Assembly (NCBI GenBank): GCA_036488825.1 | Contig: DASXGZ010000006.1 | Coordinates: forward strand, 1,463-65,462 | Length of the DNA stretch: 64,000 nucleotides | Direction: 5' to 3' | Origin: Candidatus Angelobacter sp. | GTDB taxonomy: Bacteria; Acidobacteriota; Terriglobia; Terriglobales; Acidobacteriaceae | Shown here: piece after piece, positions 8,501 through 17,022 of the stretch | Position numbering within the stretch: the stretch's first letter is position 1 | How the letters are laid out: each line of letters starts with the position of its first letter | The notes under the pieces: generated by a model | Databases searched by the model: none | Seen by the model: only the letters and a program-made list of their open reading frames with translations | What the model was told of the DNA's origin: nothing | Translations under genes and position numbers: made by a program

Positions 8501-10932
8501 TCATATATCACAACTCTCAGGAGTGGGCCCGCCTCAAGATCCAATGGGGAATTCATTTCGCGAGCCATGCATACATGCAAAGTCTCGGAGTCCCAGCTGG
8601 CAGCATCGTGCTCGATGAACGAAGGCTCCAACACGTCATGCACAAACTGCATTAGCTGATTGTCGCGTTGACCGAATGTGGAACGCAGGCTGGAATGCCG
8701 GCGCACCAACCGATTCAAGGTCCTCCTCAATGCCATGCGATCAAGAACACCATGAACCAGAGCGGCGATAGAAAGGTTGTAAGCGGAATTCTCCGGCCTC
8801 ATATGTTGCAAGAACCACAGTACACGCTGACCGTACGAAACGGGGTGCTGTGAAGGAGCACCCTCCAGGGCCGCGCTTTGCCCAGCCTCAGCCCAGGGAG
8901 CGTCCACGATCTTGGATGCAATGCTGGCGATGGCCTCATTCCCAAGAAATGTGGTTGCCGGCAGCACCTTGCCGAGAGCTTCGAGGCGATGAGTCATCTC
9001 ATATGCCGTAAGAGAATCGATACCGTATTCCCATGCGGGACGCTGGGAATCAATTATGGCCGGATCAAGCCCAAGGAGGTGGGCGAGTTCATTTACGAGC
9101 CAGACCCGAGCGCCGTCAGGAGATGCAAGTGCATTACGTGGGATAGCAAGTTGCGGCGCAGCAGATTCGCCGGCGTGGCGCCATTCCGCGACCACACTCA
9201 ACTCGTCTTTGAGAAATGCGTCACGGCATGCATTGCGCCGAATTTTGCCGCTCGAGGTTTTCGGAATCGTACCGGTCCGGACTAAAACGATAGCATGTGC
9301 AGCCAAGTCATGGGACCGCGTCACGGCAGCCCTGATTTCGTCGATCAACGCGCCGAAATCCATACCTGGCCGCTTCTCAGCCTCTTGGACAATGACAAGC
9401 CTCTCCGTCTGGGAGTCGTCGGTTATGGCGAAGGCTGCTCCACCACCGCTACGCAGGGAGGGATGGCATTCGACGACCGTCTCTTCAATGTCCTGGGGGA
9501 AGTAATTGACACCCCGAATAATGATCAGATCTTTAAGCCGTCCCGTTATGAACAGCTCTCCCTTGTTAAAAAAGCCCAGGTCTCCAGTTCTGAGGAATGA
9601 CGTATTGTGATCGTTGCCCAGTCTCGCACCGAACACAGCTTCCGTCTCGGCCTGCTTCTGCCAATATCCCATGGCAACGCCCGGTCCGGAAATCCATATT
9701 TCGCCAATGGTTCTGTCACGACACTGCATGAACGATTCCGGATCGACGATCAGGACCCGATCCAGCCGGGAAGTCCGTCCGCTGCTCGCCAACCTGGTCA
9801 CTTTGCCTGAATCGAGAGGACGCGAAACAGCTTTGTTGCGCTGCAACTCGTGCGTATCAAATGTCCGCAGTTGGGGGACCCCACTCTCTTTTTTAAAACC
9901 TGAGACAAGCAGGGTGGCCTCAGCCAGCCCATAACATGGCTGGAAAGCTTCTTTACGAAAACCACACTCCGCGAACTCGCGCGCGAAGTTGTCAATGGTA
10001 GCGCTCCGGACATGTTCCGCGCCGTTGAATGCAACTTTCCAACAGCTGAGATCGAGGTTTTTTCGCTCCTCTCTGGTGATCTTGTGCAGGCAATAATCAT
10101 AGGCAAAATTCGGTCCGCCGCTCGTGGTCGCTCGGTAGCTGGAAATGGTCTGTAACCAACGCACCGGCTGCTGGAGAAACTGCATAGGTGACATCAGAAT
10201 GCAGCGTCCGCCGGTGAACATCGGCTGCAACACACCTCCAATTAATCCCATATCGTGATGGAAGGGCAACCAGCTAACAACCACCGACTCCGGAGTCTGG
10301 CAGAACGCATTCTGAATCAGTGATTCGGTGTGCATCAGGTTGTCATGGGTGATCATGACGCCTTTTGGGGCGGTAGTTGATCCAGACGTGTACTGCAGGA
10401 AGGCGAGTCCGTCCCGCGTGAGTTCCCCGGGATGCCAGCAGGACTCCAAAGCTGGATTGAGGCTCTCCGTTTGCACTACGCGAAGACTTCCCATGACAGC
10501 TTCGCAAGCCTCGCGTTCCCGTGCCTTCGACGCGATTGTTGTAAGAACCAGAGCGGGGCTGCAATCGGCCATCAGATTCTGGACCCTCTTTGCGCTTCTT
10601 GCATGGCCCGGCGGATGCGCCGGGACCGCGACGGCTCCCGCATACAGGCAGCCCATGAATGCACAGACAAACTCCAAGCCGGCCGGGTACAGCAACAACA
10701 CACGCTGCCCCTGAAGGCCCACCGATTGCAAATATGCCGCTATCCGCCTGGCTTTCCGATCAAGTTGCTCATAGTTCAGCCGCACCTCGCCAGCATCATC
10801 ATCCAGCAAATGCACGTAGACATCGGAATGCGGTTGTTCTTGAGCTCGATATCTTAAGACATCGACAAGCGTTTTCATTGAGTCTCGTTCCACGGACGTG
10901 GTCGACCGCGATTCCCAAGATTGTCGCGACAT
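5542..10932 (-). CDS. Hybrid fatty-acyl-AMP ligase / NRPS loading module (FAAL-ACP-C-A-T)
   Basis: 1796-aa ORF. The N-terminus is FAAL-like (TLVDVLRYRAQEQPHSDVYVHLLDD...LNYEQLDRKARRIAAYLQ; YTSGSTTAPKGV). ACP motif GIDSL has its Ser codon at 9013-9015. C3 motif HHLVAD is at 8446-8463, and A3 AYVIYTSGSTGRPKG at 6961-7005. FDIS is at 6850-6861, followed by NMYGPTE. T-domain GGHSL has its Ser codon at 5797-5799. The true start may be the second Met at 10878. Confidence 0.95.
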   Translation of the reverse strand: MSRQSWESRSTTSVERDSMKTLVDVLRYRAQEQPHSDVYVHLLDDDAGEVRLNYEQLDRKARRIAAYLQSVGLQGQRVLLLYPAGLEFVCAFMGCLYAGAVAVPAHPPGHARSAKRVQNLMADCSPALVLTTIASKAREREACEAVMGSLRVVQTESLNPALESCWHPGELTRDGLAFLQYTSGSTTAPKGVMITHDNLMHTESLIQNAFCQTPESVVVSWLPFHHDMGLIGGVLQPMFTGGRCILMSPMQFLQQPVRWLQTISSYRATTSGGPNFAYDYCLHKITREERKNLDLSCWKVAFNGAEHVRSATIDNFAREFAECGFRKEAFQPCYGLAEATLLVSGFKKESGVPQLRTFDTHELQRNKAVSRPLDSGKVTRLASSGRTSRLDRVLIVDPESFMQCRDRTIGEIWISGPGVAMGYWQKQAETEAVFGARLGNDHNTSFLRTGDLGFFNKGELFITGRLKDLIIIRGVNYFPQDIEETVVECHPSLRSGGGAAFAITDDSQTERLVIVQEAEKRPGMDFGALIDEIRAAVTRSHDLAAHAIVLVRTGTIPKTSSGKIRRNACRDAFLKDELSVVAEWRHAGESAAPQLAIPRNALASPDGARVWLVNELAHLLGLDPAIIDSQRPAWEYGIDSLTAYEMTHRLEALGKVLPATTFLGNEAIASIASKIVDAPWAEAGQSAALEGAPSQHPVSYGQRVLWFLQHMRPENSAYNLSIAALVHGVLDRMALRRTLNRLVRRHSSLRSTFGQRDNQLMQFVHDVLEPSFIEHDAASWDSETLHVCMAREMNSPLDLEAGPLLRVVIYDRGNEKLVLQVTAHHLVADFWSLAVALEELGRFYAVETGVAADPQFAPAPAYSEFVRWEAAMLSGPEGERLWNYWQQCTAGELPVCTLPTDRPRGVTRGYAGKKERARFDRGLAADLKRLAREHGCTLFTVLLAAFDVLLFRYTDCDDILIGSPAMTRTSAGFARLIGYCANPLLLRTRISASWSFTELLETVRNIVTGALLHQQYPYPLLVERLHPQRTSDGAALFHMMFTFLGKMTGYSGEAVSLAMGEPGSRTKLHDLELEPIPFDDSPIEFDLNLVVGDGVEVGVALHYNTDLFDSSTIARVLTHWQAILRWMLRAPESPLSSFQLLSHAETAELMTIGDGVHASYPADVCLHELIEAMVEQVPERIALVFGNQHITYDFMNGRANQLAHHLRLLGAGRDVPVGICVGRSSEMVVALLAILKSGSAYVPLDPGYPEDRLTYMLEDAGVSLIVTNRQMMDRLSWSQAARICLDDDADSILARPTSNLAPMGTPENMAYVIYTSGSTGRPKGVVIPHRSVVNFFAMMTGALGRDPGAWLAVTSISFDISVLELLWTLTCGFEVAIFADQRAVGRRDETAGLVSLEPLLARISHLQCTPSLLKILVAETQFANIVSNLDKLLVGGEAVSPRLLETLPLGQDTELYNMYGPTETTIWSAMERLHVPATEVLLGRPVANTQIHILDRFQNPLPVGLPGELCIGGEGLARGYLGMPDLTAARFIPDPLGNAHGARLYRTGDRARWKQNGKLEFLGRMDFQVKVRGYRIEFGEIEACLARHPAIKDVVLSAFQDAGSDTSLAAYVVLHPGLTPSIQELREFISARLPDYMIPSAFVTLSELPMMPNGKVDRKRLPGMNLAQIRLDEAYVAPTNALERLMADLWSELLNMERVSIHSNFFALGGHSLMANTLVSRLRDLLQVELSLKTFFANPTVASVSQVLLRDHGEQLERTAEILDVITRLPEEEAEALLRGEAGPPILKSMSSESPV

Positions 10933-11594
10933 TTGGTATAGAGGAAACAGAGGTATGAGATGACTGCTAATTTACATAAAGCTTCGGCGTTTGAGTCCAG
11001 AATCGGGATATGTTGATGATCATTTCATTAGAAACACTTTACTACGCGATTCTAGAAGCCCGTTTCGAGAAGCATGAAAACTATCTCATTGATCGTTGTC
11101 TGAAGTCTGCCAGAATGCTTCTTCAAGCTGTTTAGAAAAGGGTTTCCATCTCTCAAGAAGCAGGCTGCCGCCATTCTTGTCCCATTTTTTTCAAGGACTT
11201 TGACTTTTTTGTGGTGAGACGAATGTCTTTGCGCCATTTTTGCCGCAAAGAATGCTTAAAGAAAACCAAAATAACAATTTGGTAGATTGGAAAACAACTG
11301 TACTGAAGAATAATTACTACACTACAAAACACTGTACCGGACAGCCTGTGGTACAGGCATTTATCTACTTCCGTATTAAGCCTTGGCAACTTGTCTTCTC
11401 ATCTGACATTGCTTCCAGAGTACCTGGCAATTGAGTATATGTTGCTTCTGACTACGAACATATCCACCTCTTTTTGCCAATAAACGCTTGTAGCTCATGT
11501 TCACAGTTCCATTTTGGAACAAGATGCATAGCATGGCGCTGAATTTAACGATTTGTCATTGCAACGATGACCTTGTGGTTTTATAACCGATACG

Positions 11595-12500
11595 ATGGGC
11601 ACCTTAAAAAATCGTAATGTCGTGTTTCATAATGTCGGGCTTCATTCAGAAGCGACAGCTCACCAATTGGCGCCATTAGAAAGGTCCCTTGAAGAACTCC
11701 CGGCTTGCTATATATGCAGCGATCACCCGCTTGCCCTTGCCTCGATCAGAGAAGCCATCAGCTCAGATGCGCGGCTGCGTACTAGAGTCCGTTCTTACTA
11801 TCAGGGAGATTCCCGGCCTCTGCCGGGGGTCAAAAACCAGGTCCTAGTCCTCGATACCTTGTCGGTTGGAAACTGGCGCGCGTGTCTTGACAAATGGAGC
11901 TTAGAGGGAGGATTTACTATTGCTCTGATTTCTTCGCAGCCAGGCAACCGCGAACTGGAGCTGCAGCTACTTCTCCTCGGCGCCTCCGGAGTCTTGACCT
12001 TTGCGGACCTGTCTCTGCAGCTCACCGATGCGGTCTACGCGGCTGCAGCAGGACGTCTTTGGTTCAAACGAGAGGTCCTGCATTCCTACGTGAAGCAAAC
12101 GCGCACGGAGCTGCGTAGGGGCTCTTCGTGCCATAAGTTTACGGCACGGGAAAAGCAAATTACCAGCTTGTTGTTGCAGGACCTTTCCAACCGGGCGATT
12201 GCGCAGCGACTAGCGATCTCAGAGCGCACCATCAAATTTCATGTGTCAAACATTCTGCGCAAAGTCAACGTTGGGAGCCGAAAAGAGCTTTGTGAGCTCC
12301 CTGACAGTTTCAACGATTCTCGAGGATTGATGGCTAGCGAGAGTGGAACACAGGCATTCGCCCCCGCCGATTTGCATCATCGGCCGGTCAATCCTCCGAA
12401 GTTGTTGAGCTACTGTCACAAAGAATCGACCGAGGTTGTTGAGCGAAGAACTGTAGACTCGGCAATAGGCGTTGCTGCCACCCCGGCGGCGAAAAGATAA
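11595..12500 (+). CDS. LuxR-family transcriptional regulator (C-terminal HTH, receiver-like N-terminal region)
   Basis: The C-terminal FTAREKQITSLLLQDLSNRAIAQRLAISERTIKFHVSNILRKVNVGSRKEL is a GerE/LuxR HTH. The gene is divergent from the NRPS operon. Confidence 0.8.
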   Translation: MGTLKNRNVVFHNVGLHSEATAHQLAPLERSLEELPACYICSDHPLALASIREAISSDARLRTRVRSYYQGDSRPLPGVKNQVLVLDTLSVGNWRACLDKWSLEGGFTIALISSQPGNRELELQLLLLGASGVLTFADLSLQLTDAVYAAAAGRLWFKREVLHSYVKQTRTELRRGSSCHKFTAREKQITSLLLQDLSNRAIAQRLAISERTIKFHVSNILRKVNVGSRKELCELPDSFNDSRGLMASESGTQAFAPADLHHRPVNPPKLLSYCHKESTEVVERRTVDSAIGVAATPAAKR

Positions 12501-12600
12501 ATAGGATCGGCCACCGGCAGCGTCGTTTTGGATGCTGCGAATCGCAGAGTTAGCTTGTACAAAGCAACTGCGACTCTGTTGAAACTATTGAGCAAAAATT

Positions 12601-12676
12601 TGGTGGAGCTAGTCGGGATCGAACCGACGACCTCATCGTTGCGAACGATGCGCTCTCCCAGCTGAGCTATAGCCCC
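12601..12676 (-). tRNA. tRNA-Ala (anticodon CGC), CCA encoded
   Basis: The reverse complement GGGGCTATAGCTCAGCTGGGAGAGCGCATCGTTCGCAACGATGAGGTCGTCGGTTCGATCCCGACTAGCTCCACCA folds as a cloverleaf. It has a 7-bp acceptor stem with the G3:U70 Ala identity pair, anticodon loop TTCGCAA and a GTTCGATCC T-loop. Confidence 0.95.
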
Positions 12677-12979
12677 AAACACATGGCAAGAAGTACTGGA
12701 ACGATTTTACCAGTGCTGCGCGATCTCACAAAATCGGAGGACGAACGACCGATTTTTTCCTGGAGCGCAACGTTCCAGCAAAGACCCACCAGCCTAAAAA
12801 AAGTATGAAGCCGGCTGCATTGGAGATCACTGCGGTATGTCGCACTCCTGCTCGGCAGGGATGGCAACCGTAGGCCATTCCTCGGAACACCTAACGCTCT
12901 TACTTCCTAGATGGCGGTAGAAGATGCCGCTAGACATTTCGGCAATTTTGCGGCACCGCCGCGTTTAAAATAACCAATC

Positions 12980-13738
12980 TTGCCCTTCCCACCTGAATTC
13001 GACCATCTCTATGTCGTGCTGGTCTCCACACGCAATCCGCTTAATATTGGCGCCGCAGCGCGGGCCATGAGCAATCTTGGTTTTTTACGATTGCGCGTGG
13101 TGAATCCGTATGAAGCGTCGTTTCGGGAGGCAAAATCTGCTGTTGGCGCTGCGCCGCTGCTGACTAAAGCAGAGCAGTATGGCAGTGTGGCAGAAGCAGT
13201 GGCTGACTGCTCATTGGTAGTGGGGACAACGGCAGTGGGCCACCGCGAATTGCAACATCCATTGAAGCTGCTGGCAGAAGGCGCTCCGCCAATCCGCAAG
13301 CAGCTCAGGGCGTGCGGCCGCGTGGCACTCTTATTCGGTTCAGAAAAACGAGGATTGTCGAATGATGATCTCAGCCACTGCCACTGGCTGCTGCACATTC
13401 CCACGCGCGAAGAGCACACTTCCATGAACCTGGGGCAGGCTGTCGCAGTTTGTTTGTATGAATTGGGGCGCGATTCAGAGGCAGCAAAACGCGGAGGAGC
13501 CAGGGCGGTTCCAAAAATGGCGAAAGTGAAAGATGCGAATGCGGGTGAGCTTGAGCGCCTTACCTCAATGCTGCTGGAAACATTACATGAGAGCGGTTAT
13601 CTGGGGCCGAGGAGTGTAGCAGCGAAAGAAGAAAAAATCCGTCGCATGGTGCGCCGTCAGAATCTTTCCGCCGAAGATGCCGAACTCTGGCTGGGAATGC
13701 TCCGCCAGATCCTTTGGAAGATAAAAGCAGCGAATTGA
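12980..13738 (+). CDS. SpoU/TrmH-family RNA 2'-O-methyltransferase (TrmJ-like, group 1)
   Basis: LYVVLVSTRNPLNIGAAARAMSNLGF...LLFGSEKRGLSNDDL...IPT....SMNLGQAVAV matches the SPOUT motifs. TTG start. Confidence 0.8.
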   Translation: MPFPPEFDHLYVVLVSTRNPLNIGAAARAMSNLGFLRLRVVNPYEASFREAKSAVGAAPLLTKAEQYGSVAEAVADCSLVVGTTAVGHRELQHPLKLLAEGAPPIRKQLRACGRVALLFGSEKRGLSNDDLSHCHWLLHIPTREEHTSMNLGQAVAVCLYELGRDSEAAKRGGARAVPKMAKVKDANAGELERLTSMLLETLHESGYLGPRSVAAKEEKIRRMVRRQNLSAEDAELWLGMLRQILWKIKAAN

Positions 13739-13787
13739 CGCACGACTGGACAGTCAGTGATGTCCGCCCGGAAAACAATATTTCAAC

Positions 13788-13826
13788 TTGACACCGGGTC
13801 ATATATTTCTATATTACTAGAAATAT
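13788..13826 (+). promoter_or_regulatory. Putative sigma70-type promoter plus ArsR operator palindrome overlapping the arsR start
   Basis: TTGACA (13788-13793), a 16-nt spacer, then TATATT (13810-13815). A perfect 9-bp inverted repeat ATATTTCTA (13803-13811) / TAGAAATAT (13818-13826) overlaps the ATG at 13825. No Shine-Dalgarno is visible. Confidence 0.5.
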
Positions 13827-14178
13827 GAAAGAAAAAGTAAGTATTGAAAGCGACCAGAAAGTTTCACGCTATGCGGACATGTTTTCCGCAATGGGCGCTG
13901 AACCACGGCTACGAATCGTGCGGTTGCTGCTCTCGGCGCACCCTGCGGGGATGGTGGTCAATGAGATTGGCGAAGAACTTGATATCGCGAACTCCACCCT
14001 CTCTCATCATCTTGACAAACTGAAGAATGAAGGGCTGGTGGAAGTGCGGAGGGAAGGCACCTTCCTGCGCTATTCAGCAAACACCACCGCCCTGACCGAG
14101 TTGCTTGGCTTCCTATATGCCGAGTGCTGTACTCGCAACAAAGCGGTTGAGCCGCGCCGGATTACCTGCTGCAAATAG
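13825..14178 (+). CDS. arsR: ArsR/SmtB-family metalloregulator
   Basis: RLRIVRLLLS...VNEIGEELDIANSTLSHHLDKLKNEGLVEVRREGTFLRY is a winged HTH. Cys pairs sit only at the C-terminus (ECC...TCCK). It lies directly upstream of arsM. Confidence 0.85.
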   Translation: MKEKVSIESDQKVSRYADMFSAMGAEPRLRIVRLLLSAHPAGMVVNEIGEELDIANSTLSHHLDKLKNEGLVEVRREGTFLRYSANTTALTELLGFLYAECCTRNKAVEPRRITCCK

Positions 14179-14213
14179 AAGTCACCAAACCATCCGAATC
14201 TGAGGAGAACAAA

Positions 14214-15083
14214 ATGAGCACGCAAGATATTAAGGAAATAGTAAAAGAGCGTTATGGCGCAGCCGCGCGCCGGGTAACCACTGGAGAGGGTAGTTCCTGC
14301 TGTGGCGCCTCCGCGTGCGGTACTGATATTGATCCGATCACCAGAGACCTGTATGAAGCCACGCAGACCAGCATTTTGCCGGAAGAAGCTGTGAAAGCCT
14401 CTCTGGGATGCGGCAATCCTACGGCGCTGGCCAAACTCAAAGTGGGGGAAACGGTGCTTGATCTGGGCTCTGGCGGAGGAATTGACGTGCTTCTTTCCGC
14501 GCGTCGTGTCGGCCCGGCCGGCAAGGCGTATGGCCTGGATATGACGGATGACATGCTTGATCTGGCGCGGGAGAACCAGAAAAAATCCGGCATCACAAAC
14601 GTTGAATTTCTTCGCGGCGAAATTGAAAACATCCCACTCCCGGCAAACTCCGTGGATGTAATTATCTCCAACTGTGTGATCAACCTCTCTGCTGATAAAG
14701 ACCGTGTGCTGCGCGAGGCTTTTCGGGTGCTCAAGCCGGGTGGCCGTCTTGCCGTCTCGGATGTAGTAGTGAAGGGAGCAGTGCCGCCGGAAATTCAAAA
14801 AAGCCTGCTTTTGTGGGTGGGCTGTATTGCCGGGGCCCTGCGAGACGAGGATTACGTCAATAAATTAACGGCGGCAGGGTTTGAATCCGTCAGCATTGAA
14901 CCCACGCGCATTTACCAGATAGAAGATGCCCGGACTTTTCTGAGCGGCCAGGGAATGGATGTGGACGCCATTGCTCCTCTGGTCGATAGCAAATTTATGA
15001 GCGCCTTTGTGCGGGCCAGCAAACCGGCGGTGGCTTCGGCAACAAAACAATCCGCTGGGCTAAATATACTGAAGTGCTGCTGA
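14214..15083 (+). CDS. arsM: Arsenite S-adenosylmethionine methyltransferase
   Basis: KERYGAAARRV..SSCCG..CG...DPITRDLY, LGCGNPTALAKLKVGETVLDLGSGGGIDV, VDVIISNCVINL and LKPGGRLAVSDVV are all present. GAGGAG lies upstream of the ATG. Confidence 0.9.
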   Translation: MSTQDIKEIVKERYGAAARRVTTGEGSSCCGASACGTDIDPITRDLYEATQTSILPEEAVKASLGCGNPTALAKLKVGETVLDLGSGGGIDVLLSARRVGPAGKAYGLDMTDDMLDLARENQKKSGITNVEFLRGEIENIPLPANSVDVIISNCVINLSADKDRVLREAFRVLKPGGRLAVSDVVVKGAVPPEIQKSLLLWVGCIAGALRDEDYVNKLTAAGFESVSIEPTRIYQIEDARTFLSGQGMDVDAIAPLVDSKFMSAFVRASKPAVASATKQSAGLNILKCC

Positions 15084-15543
15084 CAGGAAGCTAGCCTTCG
15101 TGAATCATCTGATGGTGTGAAGACCTGTGCCAAACCTGTTGTGACATGTCGCAATCTTTTGCGCCATTTTGTCACAGTGACGCACCAGCATATCCATCAA
15201 TAACTTTGTTTTCAGTTGTTTATGGCGCCCCCACAGTTTGGTAGAAGGGTTGCAATAAGAATAGCCAGACGGGAAGCGACAAGGCGAGGCGCACACAAAT
15301 TTGGGGTCGGTAGCGCTGACGCTGTTAAGCAAAATGAGCTTTGCACGAGGAGAAGTATGGTGGGTGAGATAAAAGGATATCGGCTGTGGCGTTTTCCGGG
15401 AAAGGTGCCTCCAAGCCTTTTCTTACGTCCGGATGTCCTTTTATCTCTTTTTTCCTCTATTTTCTATGGTGTAATTCCTAAAGCCCTTATCTGGGCTTGC
15501 CGACTGTAATTTCATCTTCCACAAGATATTCGCGTAATCCGAA

Positions 15544-16905
15544 TCACCATGTTTTCCGCAGAGGGTGAGCTTCTGTGTTGAAGACTATCTTATTCAGGTC
15601 CAATGTTTCCCGCGGCGCAAACAGCAGATACAAATACTTGAGCGTCTCCGCAAGAAAATAACTTTCCATGCTATCTCGTTTTGTTTTGGTCTCCACATCG
15701 CTGAGGGCGGCAAAGCCAGCTTCGGTTTTGCAATAGCGCACCAGGCCCAGGATGAAGGTGGAACCCATTTCCTGATAGCGTGGGTCTTTGGTGAAGTATT
15801 CCAGATAGTATGCGGACTCAATAATTTCCGGCCGCAACTGGTATCCCGGCGAGATGATTTTCATGGTCGTGTAATCCAGCGCTTCCGGTTCAATTCCGAA
15901 GGTGGTCCACATTTTGTAAGCAGAATCTTCCAGACGCCGTGCGCGATCAAGGTCGCCTGAGCGCGCGAGCACGGCAGGAAAGAAGGCATCCAACGCGCCG
16001 AATTGAGTAGAGATCCGTTTGCCGGTATTCATGTCGGCCTGTGCGTACCACAGGCCGTTCTTTGTATTGTCGGCCAGGTATTTATTCACAGCTTTTATGC
16101 TGGCTTCCCACATTTTTTTACAGTCTTTGTCCTCAAACAGCAGCCACGACTTCAGCAGGTACTCGTAATAAGAATCAATCCCTCCGCTGATGTGGCTGGT
16201 GGTATCAATCCACTTGCCGGTTTCAACATTGATGGTGGAACCCACCAGCCCAATCGCAGAGCGGCGGCTGTATAGCTCAACCAAGGCGCGTTTGGCTTTG
16301 TCATAGTAGATTGGCTTGCCGGAAAGCTTGCTCAGCGTGCCAAATTCCAGCAGCAGCGTGCCAATCTCCGCCGGATTGCTTTCCGAGCCGCGTGTTTTGC
16401 CGGTCTTAAGATTCACGTACATGTATGGCATGCCCGTGGGCGAATTGAAGACCGGCAACAGCCGGTTTCCCAGATTGTCAGCTAGATCAAGCAGGCGCTG
16501 GTCGCCGCTGAGTTGATAGCTGCTCAACAATCCGCCCAGCAGACGTATGGTGATTTCAAAATTCTTGACTTCAATGTCCTGGTCGAAAGATAGGTGCGTT
16601 GCGATGAATTCGCGCGTCTTATTGGCTTCGTCCGCCAGCCCCATCAGGATCATGGTGTCCAAAGCGTCCACCGGCGTCATGAGCAGAGAGCTGCTGTGCC
16701 AGTCATGATGGCCTTTGCTGAGCGGCCGAAGCTCGTCATGCCCCCAGGCATATTGCTTGTAGGCATTCCATGCGTACAGGAATTCGCCCCGGACTTGCAA
16801 AGCCATGGGGCCGGGCGAGGGGGCTTGCGGTGTTTGGGCATAGGAAAAATGAGGCATGGCAAGAGCCATGCCAATAAAAGCGATAATGCAGAACCCTCTA
16901 TGCAT
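15544..16905 (-). CDS. Secreted glycoside hydrolase family 47 (class I alpha-1,2-mannosidase-like)
   Basis: FLYAWNAYKQYAWGHDELRPLS, MTPVDALDTMILMGL, FEITIRLLGGLLSSYQLSGD and GADSYYEYLLK-type GIDSYYEYLLKSW motifs. Signal peptide MHRGFCIIAFIGMALAMPHFSYAQ begins at ATG 16905, with GGGAG upstream. The track start at 16992 was rejected. Confidence 0.85.
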   Translation of the reverse strand: MHRGFCIIAFIGMALAMPHFSYAQTPQAPSPGPMALQVRGEFLYAWNAYKQYAWGHDELRPLSKGHHDWHSSSLLMTPVDALDTMILMGLADEANKTREFIATHLSFDQDIEVKNFEITIRLLGGLLSSYQLSGDQRLLDLADNLGNRLLPVFNSPTGMPYMYVNLKTGKTRGSESNPAEIGTLLLEFGTLSKLSGKPIYYDKAKRALVELYSRRSAIGLVGSTINVETGKWIDTTSHISGGIDSYYEYLLKSWLLFEDKDCKKMWEASIKAVNKYLADNTKNGLWYAQADMNTGKRISTQFGALDAFFPAVLARSGDLDRARRLEDSAYKMWTTFGIEPEALDYTTMKIISPGYQLRPEIIESAYYLEYFTKDPRYQEMGSTFILGLVRYCKTEAGFAALSDVETKTKRDSMESYFLAETLKYLYLLFAPRETLDLNKIVFNTEAHPLRKTW

Positions 16906-17022
16906 GAGGCAAAATCTCCCGATGAGGTTGGGAAGAATCGCATCCATCATAGCGCAATGGGCCTGAGGGTTGAGGCGGTCGAGACGCCCCAATCTGAAAG
17001 TACGTGTCAGCGTTCATTATCT

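Noticed and set aside
5786-10958. About 25 antisense or off-frame ORFs (60-174 aa) inside the 5.4-kb NRPS gene.
   Set aside because: These are typical high-GC shadow ORFs. The 1796-aa frame carries every expected NRPS motif.
11052-11434. Small ORFs (61-78 aa) in the AT-rich luxR-NRPS spacer.
   Set aside because: They have low-complexity, Lys/Phe-rich translations as expected from AT-rich non-coding DNA, and no ribosome-binding sites.
13009-14798. Antisense ORFs of 138, 242 and 160 aa opposite the SpoU-type methyltransferase and arsM.
   Set aside because: They overlap well-supported genes with clear family motifs, and their translations are Arg/Ser-rich.
15084-15543. 460-bp convergent gap after arsM with ORFs 15105-15332 (-) and 15216-15509 (+).
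   Set aside because: Neither has a ribosome-binding site or a recognisable motif. I left it as non-coding.
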